24,591 bases of DNA from a virus (Duplodnaviria > Heunggongvirae > Uroviricota > Caudoviricetes): positions 117,745-142,335 of IMG/VR virus record IMGVR_UViG_3300026549_000042; one strand, written 5' to 3'. Positions 7,957 through 16,490 of the stretch are shown here, one piece after another; positions within the stretch are counted from its first letter, which is position 1, and each line of letters begins with the position of its first letter. A program made the translations under genes and the position numbers. The notes beneath the pieces are model-generated. The model made no database searches. It was not told the DNA's origin and saw only the letters and a list, made by a program, of their open reading frames with translations.

Positions 7957-8973
7957 TTATTTATTTTTCATTAGTTCTTTCAATTCATCAATTTCTTTTT
8001 GCTGTTGTTTTATCTTTTTAAATAATGCACCAACTGTTTTTGAAAGAGCTGCATTATAATTGACATGTTTTTCACCTTCTTTACCATCAACCATTTCTGG
8101 CATTATGTCTTCAATCCATTGTGCAATAAATCCAGATGATTGTTTGTCATTTTCTTTCCATTTGAAGTCATATGTTATGTCATCTCTTTCAAATAACTTT
8201 TCAACGAAATCATCAGTAATACCTGTTATATCCTTTTTATACATTAAATCAGATCCTGCAAATAAATCAGCGCCTGTCATATAAGGACCATTTGTACCAT
8301 AACGATATAATGTAGTACCTATTGTTGAAGGAGTACCCATTAAATAATAAGTTGTTGATACCAAGCCACCATTATTAACTGTGGCAGCATTTGTGGTTTG
8401 GAATTCCATATTAGTCAACAATATCCAATTTGAACCATTATAAGTAAACATTAACATTTGATTTGTTGACAGTTCAGATGGTTGTTGTAAATTTGAACCT
8501 ACACTATTATTATATCTACGTTTTATATTTTTTGCACCAGTATCATTAACATTTAAGGTAATATTGCCAACTGCCGCCGTATTTGTTTTTGTAAATCTCA
8601 CAAAAATAACATCTCCGACAGTAAGTGTATTATATTCTGGGCATACTACAACTTTTGCTGCAGTGTTTGGCTCTGTAGTGCATATTCCGCTAAAGAAACG
8701 TGGTCTATTATCGAGTGGTGTAAGATTATTTAATGTATGATGTTGTAAAAATAGACCAATATCAAATAGTAATTGTGGTGACTCCGGTAAAAGATCCTCA
8801 ATATAATTTGTACCACCTGTATTATAAATACTTAATGTAGTTAATTCTCCACCACCATCATAATAAGTTACACCGCTTGCACCGCTATCTTCACAAACAA
8901 TACGACCCTTAACAATATTATTTGTTATATGTTCATTTTTTAAATATTGTTGACTTGCTGAATATTCTGGCAT
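7957..8973 (-). CDS. Tail fibre/spike-like protein with C-terminal intramolecular chaperone (peptidase S74) domain
   Basis: SDLMYKKDI...YDFKWK...GFIAQ...PEMV...VNY plus terminal coiled coil (7957-8253); central CTTEPNTAAKVV...NTA...TLNVNDTGAKNI...FTYNGSNW module common in gut-phage fibres. Confidence 0.82.
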   Translation of the reverse strand: MPEYSASQQYLKNEHITNNIVKGRIVCEDSGASGVTYYDGGGELTTLSIYNTGGTNYIEDLLPESPQLLFDIGLFLQHHTLNNLTPLDNRPRFFSGICTTEPNTAAKVVVCPEYNTLTVGDVIFVRFTKTNTAAVGNITLNVNDTGAKNIKRRYNNSVGSNLQQPSELSTNQMLMFTYNGSNWILLTNMEFQTTNAATVNNGGLVSTTYYLMGTPSTIGTTLYRYGTNGPYMTGADLFAGSDLMYKKDITGITDDFVEKLFERDDITYDFKWKENDKQSSGFIAQWIEDIMPEMVDGKEGEKHVNYNAALSKTVGALFKKIKQQQKEIDELKELMKNK

Positions 8974-9006
8974 ATAAAATAATAAATTAATATTTTTTAT
9001 TATATA

Positions 9007-9015
9007 TAAAAATAA
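9007..9015 (-). promoter_or_regulatory. TTATTTTTA motif, candidate late-promoter element
   Basis: 33 nt upstream of the ATG at 8973, immediately downstream of the 9022-9049 hairpin on the - strand. Confidence 0.35.
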
Positions 9016-9021
9016 AACAAA

Positions 9022-9049
9022 AAATGGAAGAACTATAGTTCTTCCATTT
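9022..9049 (-). terminator. Perfect 28-bp palindrome, probable intrinsic terminator of the 754-aa gene
   Basis: AAATGGAAGAACTATAGTTCTTCCATTT followed by TTTGTTTTATTTTT on the - strand; arms identical to the 7921 hairpin. Confidence 0.8.
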
Positions 9050-9071
9050 AATTTAGTATAATTTTTATTAT

Positions 9072-11336
9072 TTATTCAGCAATTTTTCTTACTTCATAAA
9101 CTGTTCCATATTCATAAGCTTCATTTGTTGGAACAGATTCATATCCTTCAGCTACAAAACTAACTGGTCCATTTTGTTCACCATAAGATTCGGCAGGATT
9201 AAATCCGTAGAACTTACCGCCACGAACAATTATCTTAGCATCTCCAGATACATAATCATCATCGTGGCAGTTCAATAAGAACTTAAAGTTACCATTTTGG
9301 TCTTTATTGGCTGTAGCAGCATCTGTTAATTTAAATGAACCACCATTAACTTCAATAGTACCCTTTTGAGCATATAATACATGAGTAGCAGCTTCAAAGT
9401 TACCACCATTGATAATTACTTTAGAACCTACTGTACTTGTCCAGAAACCATATTCATTAGCAGTATTCTTAACAACACCTGTACCTACTGTATCATTAAT
9501 TTCTAATTGGGCAGATCCTCTCAATATAAAGATACCATAACCACGAGTATTAGAACTTGTAAGATTATGTCCATTCAAATCCCATATTATATCATCTGTT
9601 GAGAATAAACCTACAGAGAAATTACCGCTCTTTATCAAATCTTCTTGGAATGTATGTGTACCTGTTGTAGTAAGTTTAGAAATATTTGCAGCTGTTATAT
9701 CATCATGTAAATAATCTACAGAATAACCTTCAGCTATATTAATTGTATCAATAATATTAGCAATATCAGATTCACGTGGAACTTCTACTTTAACATTACC
9801 TTTTGTTACATTAAGTGTTCCAATATGAGCATTTTTCTTAATTACTAAAGTATTGTCACTTACTTCAGCATCTAATGTTGTATATGTACCGCCATTTAAT
9901 GTTACAGTTGAATTAGGAGCAACAATAGCAAGAACAGTTTCTTCATTATTCTTATCATTGATTGTTACGGCTGTAGCAGAATTATTTGTGATAGTAGCAC
10001 CATCCTGTAAGTCAAGATTAAGTGTTAAGTTCTTAGTATTATTTTCAGTAATTATAACATTATTTGCTTTAGCTGCATCTCTACCAGATTTAACATTAGG
10101 AGAAACATTTTCAAGTGTTAATGTATCATATTGACCTACCAAGTAAACTGTTGTACCACTTGTTCCTGTTTCACCAGCTTCTGCGGGACGTTGAACTGTG
10201 ACAGATACAGGTTCTTCACTTGTATTATCTAATGTCATATACTTATTACTTGTTAAAGTTACTGTTGAATTATCATCAAGAGGTCCTGTAACTACATAAG
10301 CAGCAGTTGTTTGAGGAATCACAATATTATCTACTGGTTCATCAAATGTAACTGTACTTGATTCTTCAAGTTCTTGGTTAACGATAACACTATTAACTTG
10401 TGATTCACGAATATCAAGTAATGAAAGTAATGCATTGTATTTTGCTTGTACTTTAGCAACTGCAGCTTTTTCATCTACAGCTTCCATTGATGAAGTTACA
10501 AATTCACCAATTGTCATATTATGTGATACTTCTTCAACACCTTCAACTGGTTCAACTTTCCAATCATCAGTTGTTTTTCCATAGGCTTCATCACCTTCTA
10601 CGGCAGCATCAATTTCTTCTTGAGTCCAATGTACGCCTTCAACAGGTTCAACAGCTTCAACATCAACAACTTTAAGATCTTTCATTACATCTGCTAATTC
10701 TTCAAGAGTATCGAAGTTTTCAGGTGCAGTACCTACTATAGCTTCAACTTGAGATTTTGTAGCATATGTATTTTCTGCTTGTTCAATAAATGTATTAAGT
10801 TCTCCAGATACACCATTAATTTGTTCATCCACTGCAGTCTTAACAGCCAAATGAGAAATGTCTTGATGTTCTGTCAAATATTCTCCCTTAGGTTGAAATG
10901 CTGCATCTGCTTGTTCTTTAGTATATACATTATTTATCTCATCAGCTAAAGTAGCAACTGCAGCCTGAGTAGCATAAGTTTCTTCTATTTCAGTTTTAAC
11001 AGCTAAATTAGATATGTCTTGGTGTTCTGTAATATACTTTGCATCTGATTCTTCTTTGGTATATGAATCACCAGCATTAGCTTTACCTTTTAAGTTATTT
11101 AATAGATCAGATGTATCTGATATAATAACATTTTCATCAAGTTCTGCACCGTTCCAATCAATATCAATAGCATTAATGAATTTTGTTGGTTCTACTATTT
11201 GACCATTATAATTGTGTGTTATTGGTAGACCTGATTCTGAAAGATATCCATTTCTTGATATAGTTGCTTCTAATGATACTACAGGAGCTTTTATATCATT
11301 GTAATCAATTCCTTTATTTTTATACTTAATAGCCAT
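9072..11336 (-). CDS. Mosaic tail fibre/adhesin-like virion protein (754 aa) with C-terminal beta-helix-like region
   Basis: N-terminal NAIDIDWNGA module, two Y(I/L)TEHQDIS repeats, GTAPENFDTLEELAD fibre motif, acidic linker, GG-rich beta-repeat C-terminus (NGGNFE, NGGSFK, RGGKFYGFNPA). Confidence 0.72.
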   Translation of the reverse strand: MAIKYKNKGIDYNDIKAPVVSLEATISRNGYLSESGLPITHNYNGQIVEPTKFINAIDIDWNGAELDENVIISDTSDLLNNLKGKANAGDSYTKEESDAKYITEHQDISNLAVKTEIEETYATQAAVATLADEINNVYTKEQADAAFQPKGEYLTEHQDISHLAVKTAVDEQINGVSGELNTFIEQAENTYATKSQVEAIVGTAPENFDTLEELADVMKDLKVVDVEAVEPVEGVHWTQEEIDAAVEGDEAYGKTTDDWKVEPVEGVEEVSHNMTIGEFVTSSMEAVDEKAAVAKVQAKYNALLSLLDIRESQVNSVIVNQELEESSTVTFDEPVDNIVIPQTTAAYVVTGPLDDNSTVTLTSNKYMTLDNTSEEPVSVTVQRPAEAGETGTSGTTVYLVGQYDTLTLENVSPNVKSGRDAAKANNVIITENNTKNLTLNLDLQDGATITNNSATAVTINDKNNEETVLAIVAPNSTVTLNGGTYTTLDAEVSDNTLVIKKNAHIGTLNVTKGNVKVEVPRESDIANIIDTINIAEGYSVDYLHDDITAANISKLTTTGTHTFQEDLIKSGNFSVGLFSTDDIIWDLNGHNLTSSNTRGYGIFILRGSAQLEINDTVGTGVVKNTANEYGFWTSTVGSKVIINGGNFEAATHVLYAQKGTIEVNGGSFKLTDAATANKDQNGNFKFLLNCHDDDYVSGDAKIIVRGGKFYGFNPAESYGEQNGPVSFVAEGYESVPTNEAYEYGTVYEVRKIAE

Positions 11337-11342
11337 ATTATT

Positions 11343-11359
11343 AAAAACTATATTATATT
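11343..11359. repeat. 17-bp direct repeat copy 1 (AAAAACTATATTATATT)
   Basis: Identical to 14041-14057. Confidence 0.6.
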
Positions 11360-11363
11360 TTTA

Positions 11364-13982
11364 TTAGTTAGTGTTTCTATATAAAGTTAATGTTGTCTTT
11401 GTTGTTGAATCTGGTGTTTCATATAAATAATATGTTTTATTGTTATATTCAGTATTTGCAATATTAGCAAATTCAATTTTTCTATTATTTTCATCTCTTA
11501 CTATAAAACCATCATAATGTGTTATAATATTAATAATATGTTCACCGGTTTCAATTTCAAAAGGTTTTTCAAATATTTCTTCACTAGTTAAATCTATTTT
11601 CTTTACCTTTTCATTATTTAATATATCATCCGTAATTTTAAAATCATATATTGGAAATCCTTCTTCATTATATATTGGTTCTTGTGTTTCTGTATCCTTT
11701 CTAATTTGATTATTAATTATATTATAGATAGTTTCATCTTTACCAATATAGAATAAAACAGAATCTTTTACAGTTATATTACAAGTTGCAGTAACATTTC
11801 CTGCTTCAGCTGTAATAGTAGTTTCACCAGCACTTATAGCATGAACTAAACCATTATCATCAACTGTAGCAATAGATTCATCACTTGAAGACCAAGTTAG
11901 TGTTATTGGTGAATGATCTTCTGGTAATATTGTTGCAGTTAATTGTAATTCATCATCTTTATTAATTTCTTCATCTGTCTTATCTAGTGTAATAGATTCA
12001 ACTGGTACTATAGCCGAGATATTACATTGTGCTGTATGTCCTCCATCTTCAGTAGTAACTGTTATAATAGTCGTACCATGTGAAAGTACTGTTACTAAAC
12101 CGTTCTCATCAACTGTAGCAATAGATTCATCACTTGAAGACCAAGTTACATTTTTGTTAGTAGCATTTTCTGGCAATACTGTTGCAGTAAGTTGTTGAGG
12201 TTCTCCACGATTTATAGTAATTTCACTGACATTTAATTCAACACTATCTGCAGATACATTACTACTATTTACAATTACATGGCAAGTTGCCGTAATGTTT
12301 TCATTGTTATTTGCTTTAACTATAATGTCAGTTTCGCCAGCACTTATACCACGTACTAAGCCATTTTCTACAGTAGCAATTTCTGGATTATTAGATATCC
12401 AATTTACTGTTTTGTCTGTAGCATTTTCCGGTAATACAGTTACATTAAGTTGTTGTTCATCAGTTTCACCAATTGTCAAAGTAATGCTTGTTTGATCTAA
12501 TTCAATAGATTCAACAGGTATGTATTGATCTGATGCACTTAATTCTATATTGATGTTATTTATTTTTTCTAAAGCTTCATCTGTTGATTTAGTGCCTGTA
12601 GTTTCATCTATAGGTTGTTTTGGTGTATAGTCTTTATTATATTTCTTATTAAACTGTTCATTCAATGCTGCAAGTTCTTCTTTCTTTTGTTCTATTTGAC
12701 TATTCTTTTCTTCATTATTAGCTACTATATCATTATATATGCTATTTAATTCATTTGCATTTGCTGAAATAATGTTTTTATTTTCATCTGTATATTTATA
12801 GTCTTCATCAAATGTTTTATTGAAAATATCATTAATAATATTCTTTACATTATCTGAAGCATTTTGATAATCATTTGAATTTTCAAGCATTTCAAGTAAT
12901 TTACCTTGCTTTGTCTTTCCATCATTTTGTGATCCAGTAATCTTTACCCATAATCCTAAATCATTACCGTTTTCATCCTTTAATTGATATAAAGTATCAC
13001 CTTCTGTAGCATTTTTATCAATCCAATATTTGTTGCCAGTAAAGCCTTCAATACTGTTTTCAATAACTTTCACTTCAACAAGATCTCCTGTACTTTCACC
13101 AGTTGCCTTTACTTTGCCCTCTGCATATACAGATTCACCCTCTGTGTCACCGTATGAAGTGAACATATATATTTTATCATCGTCAGTATTATAATCATTC
13201 CAAGTGTTAGCGAATGCATTTGCAACTGATGAATATATGTTATATGCTTCAAAATATTCTGCGTTACCTATGATTTCTGAATAGTTAGTAGAAATTTCTT
13301 TAATTAATTTGTCTATGCCTGATGCTAATGGATTAAAAACTTTAATTATATAGTTTAATATTTCATCAGGATTTTCGGAAGAATCATTACGTTCTACTGT
13401 ACCATTTTGTAATACACTAATGATATTTGATTTTACAGAATCTAATTTAGAACTTATCTTATATTTAGGAGTTAATGCTTGATATTTTTCTAAATATTCT
13501 GGATCAATATTTTCCGTATTATCAATAAGTTCTTTTAGTCTTGATTCTTCATTAATAAAAGTTTTATTTGCATCAGATTCTTTAATTAATTCAACATCTA
13601 TATTTGTCTTAATATTAGTTAAATAATTTTTTTGTCTGTTGCCATATTTTTCAGATACATTATTTATAGTTTCAACTAATGTATTTTTAAAATCATCTAA
13701 ATTAACTTCAGAATCTTCAACGCGAATGTTTTCTATTACATCGGATGTATCAGTTGTATCAAAATTCAATATTGTATTAATTAAGTCACTATGATCTGTA
13801 AATTCTGGATTTTCAATTTCTCTACTAATAGCATCTTGTAATACGCCAACAAATTTGCTTAAAACAAATAGTTCATTTCCATTATATCTACCACTATTAT
13901 ATAATGAAGCTAATTTATTGATATATTTTATATAAGTTATTTTGCTATTAATATAAATAATATTATAGTTTGTAGTTTCCAT
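11364..13982 (-). CDS. Large virion-surface-like protein (872 aa) with three tandem bacterial Ig-like (Big_2) domains
   Basis: Three PVESI.L...L.ATVLPENAT...V.WSSSDESIATVD.NGLV.....G.T.I repeats at about 11768-12518; helical/coiled-coil N-terminal half. Confidence 0.87.
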   Translation of the reverse strand: METTNYNIIYINSKITYIKYINKLASLYNSGRYNGNELFVLSKFVGVLQDAISREIENPEFTDHSDLINTILNFDTTDTSDVIENIRVEDSEVNLDDFKNTLVETINNVSEKYGNRQKNYLTNIKTNIDVELIKESDANKTFINEESRLKELIDNTENIDPEYLEKYQALTPKYKISSKLDSVKSNIISVLQNGTVERNDSSENPDEILNYIIKVFNPLASGIDKLIKEISTNYSEIIGNAEYFEAYNIYSSVANAFANTWNDYNTDDDKIYMFTSYGDTEGESVYAEGKVKATGESTGDLVEVKVIENSIEGFTGNKYWIDKNATEGDTLYQLKDENGNDLGLWVKITGSQNDGKTKQGKLLEMLENSNDYQNASDNVKNIINDIFNKTFDEDYKYTDENKNIISANANELNSIYNDIVANNEEKNSQIEQKKEELAALNEQFNKKYNKDYTPKQPIDETTGTKSTDEALEKINNINIELSASDQYIPVESIELDQTSITLTIGETDEQQLNVTVLPENATDKTVNWISNNPEIATVENGLVRGISAGETDIIVKANNNENITATCHVIVNSSNVSADSVELNVSEITINRGEPQQLTATVLPENATNKNVTWSSSDESIATVDENGLVTVLSHGTTIITVTTEDGGHTAQCNISAIVPVESITLDKTDEEINKDDELQLTATILPEDHSPITLTWSSSDESIATVDDNGLVHAISAGETTITAEAGNVTATCNITVKDSVLFYIGKDETIYNIINNQIRKDTETQEPIYNEEGFPIYDFKITDDILNNEKVKKIDLTSEEIFEKPFEIETGEHIINIITHYDGFIVRDENNRKIEFANIANTEYNNKTYYLYETPDSTTKTTLTLYRNTN
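11857..12148. repeat. Perfect 43-bp direct repeat between Ig domains 2 and 3 (11857-11899 and 12106-12148)
   Basis: TCATCAACTGTAGCAATAGATTCATCACTTGAAGACCAAGTTA occurs twice, 249 nt apart. Confidence 0.85.
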
Positions 13983-14013
13983 ATTTAGTAATTTATATTT
14001 ATATTTATATAAT

Positions 14014-14022
14014 TAAAAATAA
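14014..14022 (-). promoter_or_regulatory. TTATTTTTA motif, candidate late-promoter element
   Basis: 31 nt upstream of the ATG at 13982. Confidence 0.35.
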
Positions 14023-14040
14023 TTAAATATAATGTCTATA

Positions 14041-14057
14041 AAAAACTATATTATATT
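14041..14057. repeat. 17-bp direct repeat copy 2 (AAAAACTATATTATATT)
   Basis: Identical to 11343-11359. Confidence 0.6.
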
Positions 14058-14077
14058 ATAATAATGTGTATTTAGAT

Positions 14078-14332
14078 ATGAGAAAACGAATAATTAGTAA
14101 TGAATCTGGACAATTTGCAATTCAATCATATTCTGAAAACTATGGTTGGGATTTTTATGAATTAACAGATGTAATTAACATAATGGGTAATGAAATTGAA
14201 TGTCCAGTACACCCTATATGGTATTATTCTTATGATGAAGCATTAGGTAAGATAAATTATAATGACGAATTGTTCCCATCTGTTATTTTGGGAGTTGATG
14301 ACAATAAATTTATAGAAAATAATAATAATTAA
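14078..14332 (+). CDS. Hypothetical protein (84 aa)
   Basis: ORF track starts at GTG 14066; ATG 14078 preferred. Confidence 0.7.
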   Translation: MRKRIISNESGQFAIQSYSENYGWDFYELTDVINIMGNEIECPVHPIWYYSYDEALGKINYNDELFPSVILGVDDNKFIENNNN

Positions 14333-14335
14333 GAT

Positions 14336-14515
14336 ATGTCAGATAAACAATTAAAAGATAGAATGACATTTTTATTCAATAAGCTCTTGGAGGCTAAAGA
14401 TAAAAATGAATCTAAAAAGATATTTGCTGAAGCGATTAATCTTGGTATGGAATATCAACATTACAAAGATATAGAAGCAATTGAAGAAAACTTTTTCAAA
14501 AATATGCGAAAATAA
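14336..14515 (+). CDS. Small hypothetical protein (59 aa, MSDKQLKDRMTFLFNKLLEAKDK...NMRK)
   Basis: Fills the gap 3 nt after the previous stop; translated by hand; not in the ORF track. Confidence 0.7.
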   Translation: MSDKQLKDRMTFLFNKLLEAKDKNESKKIFAEAINLGMEYQHYKDIEAIEENFFKNMRK

Positions 14516-14519
14516 AATT

Positions 14520-14696
14520 ATGGGTAATTTAGTATACGAAGATATGAATAGTCATTCTGAAAGACAAGGTTGGATATGTCCTAAATGTGGCAGAGCAGTA
14601 AGTCCAGATCTTAATGTTTGTCCATATTGTTCTACCCAAGCAACTGATGAAGGTTTAGCTCCTGGTGAACAAATGATATGCGATGCTACATTATAA
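14520..14696 (+). CDS. Small zinc-ribbon protein (58 aa)
   Basis: GWICPKCG...VCPYC (two CxxC pairs); ATG 14520 preferred over TTG 14481. Confidence 0.75.
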   Translation: MGNLVYEDMNSHSERQGWICPKCGRAVSPDLNVCPYCSTQATDEGLAPGEQMICDATL

Positions 14697-14701
14697 AACA
14701 A

Positions 14702-14728
14702 AAAGAGAAGTCCTAAAGACTTCTCTTT
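14702..14728. terminator. Hairpin between convergent genes, probable bidirectional terminator
   Basis: AAAGAGAAGTC-CTAAA-GACTTCTCTTT, 11-bp stem between stops at 14696 and 14730. Confidence 0.78.
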
Positions 14729-14729
14729 G

Positions 14730-15332
14730 TTATATGATTTTATTTATAATTTTATATTTAATAGCTTCTTTGGATGTTATATACCAATCCTTTTTGCATT
14801 TATATAATTCATCAAGTTTTTCAATTGGAATTTTGGTATTTTCTTTATATATATTCCACATTAATTTATGTAAACGTTTTTGTTCTTCAGCGTTTTCTTC
14901 TATATCTTTTATCTTACCAACAGAAAAACCTGATATTGAATGATACATAAATGTAGTATTAGCATATGCATATCTATGTTCAAAATCTACAGCTAACATA
15001 ATAATTGTACCAGCACTCATAACTTTACCTACACAGTATATATTCACAACATATTCTGTTTGTATACGTTTTATTTCATCATATATAGAAAGCATATCGT
15101 ATACATTTCCACCATACGTTTGCAAGTATATATTTATAGATGGGTGTATGGCTTGACAATCTATACCAAATAAAGATAATGTGCCAATATTTGTTTCATC
15201 AATTTCTTTATCAGCTGCTTTAATTTCATTCAGTTTATCAACTAAATTGGCCCACATATCTTCATCAACATCACCTCTAAGGTATATGTTATGTATTTTT
15301 GGATCATATGTTTTTATTGTAAAATCTGCCAT
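14730..15332 (-). CDS. clpP: ClpP-family serine protease proteolytic subunit
   Basis: IYLRGDVD, IYLQTYGG.V (cf. YINSPGG), GKVMSAG (Ser), FMYH (His), DWY (Asp), EAIKYKII end motif. Confidence 0.88.
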   Translation of the reverse strand: MADFTIKTYDPKIHNIYLRGDVDEDMWANLVDKLNEIKAADKEIDETNIGTLSLFGIDCQAIHPSINIYLQTYGGNVYDMLSIYDEIKRIQTEYVVNIYCVGKVMSAGTIIMLAVDFEHRYAYANTTFMYHSISGFSVGKIKDIEENAEEQKRLHKLMWNIYKENTKIPIEKLDELYKCKKDWYITSKEAIKYKIINKII

Positions 15333-15342
15333 ATATTTAAAA

Positions 15343-15549
15343 TTATATTTGATTTTCTGTATTAATATTATCTTTAATGTTCAAATAGATTACTTTTGTT
15401 GTTGCCTTTGTTTCACCATCACTACTATTAGGACCTCCATAACTAATTGATATATCTGAAACATCATCAAACGTATCACCAAAAGCCAATAATACTTCAG
15501 CATTTAAATTATAATCTAATAATCTCTTAATTAAATCTACATTTTTCAT
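15343..15549 (-). CDS. Small hypothetical protein (68 aa)
   Basis: Co-oriented ORF within the operon. Confidence 0.65.
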   Translation of the reverse strand: MKNVDLIKRLLDYNLNAEVLLAFGDTFDDVSDISISYGGPNSSDGETKATTKVIYLNIKDNINTENQI

Positions 15550-15567
15550 AGTTGTTAACGTATTTTT

Positions 15568-15699
15568 TTAATAAAGATATCCTATGAATTCTAAAGATCC
15601 AGGCATAATGATAGGTACATGTAATATTATGTCATTTTCATTGATTTTTTGATATCTTTTTGAAACAATTATATGCGAATATCCATCAGTATTTTTCAT
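15568..15699 (-). CDS. Small hypothetical protein (43 aa, MKNTDGYSHIIVSKRYQKINENDIILHVPIIMPGSLEFIGYLY)
   Basis: ATG overlaps the TGA of the ARH gene (ATGA); fills an otherwise empty gap; not in the ORF track. Confidence 0.6.
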   Translation of the reverse strand: MKNTDGYSHIIVSKRYQKINENDIILHVPIIMPGSLEFIGYLY

Positions 15700-16490
15700 A
15701 GTTCATATTTATTATGAAATTCATTTATAATGTCAATAAACTCATTAGGTATATATCCATCTAAGCATATTTGTTTTGCTAGTTCATCATTTATGCTTGT
15801 ATTTGGATTTGCATTACATATAGAACCAGCAATGCATGCTTCTGTATCAGCATCACCGCCTAATGCAATTGCTTTACGAATACAATCTTCATATGAATGA
15901 CTTTCAAACCAGCATGTCAAACATACAGGTACAGAACATTGACAAGTACAATTGAATTTATGTGTATTATATAGTTCTTGATATGTCTTTAATTTATAGT
16001 CGCAATTATCAAGTATATATCCAATAATTTCTTCTTTTGACTTTCCTTGTCTATTCAAATATATTGCAACTGCTATTGTTATTGCTCCCTTAATACCTTC
16101 AGGATGATTATGGGTTACTTCGGCAGAAATTTTGGCAAGCCGTATGCATTCGTCTAAAGAATTTGCTACCCATGCAACTGGTGAAACTCTCATAGCTGAC
16201 CCATTACCGAAACTTCCATAAGGTTCTCTGCTATCAGAATGTACCCATTTAGCAAAACTTGGACCAAACCCATAATTATATTTTTTACACCAATATTTAA
16301 ACTTATCTATTAATTCATCATGTGTTCTATTTGTATGTAATAACCAATCAGCCACTGCTATTGTACATGTACTATCATCAGTAACATGTGAATCATTTGT
16401 CAATAATTCAAAGTTATAGTTTTTTGTACTATTGAATTCATAAGATTGTCCTATTAAATCACCTACTATTGCTCCTATTATTCCTATCAT
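15696..16490 (-). CDS. ADP-ribosylglycohydrolase (ARH/DraG family)
   Basis: GAIVGDLIG, VTDDS, SFGNGSAMRVSP, THNHPEG and GGDADT metal-binding motifs intact. Confidence 0.93.
   Translation of the reverse strand: MIGIIGAIVGDLIGQSYEFNSTKNYNFELLTNDSHVTDDSTCTIAVADWLLHTNRTHDELIDKFKYWCKKYNYGFGPSFAKWVHSDSREPYGSFGNGSAMRVSPVAWVANSLDECIRLAKISAEVTHNHPEGIKGAITIAVAIYLNRQGKSKEEIIGYILDNCDYKLKTYQELYNTHKFNCTCQCSVPVCLTCWFESHSYEDCIRKAIALGGDADTEACIAGSICNANPNTSINDELAKQICLDGYIPNEFIDIINEFHNKYEL

Noticed and set aside
11857-12148. Repeat pair as DGR template/variable region
   Set aside because: Copies are identical rather than differing at adenines, both lie in the same CDS, and no reverse transcriptase is in the window
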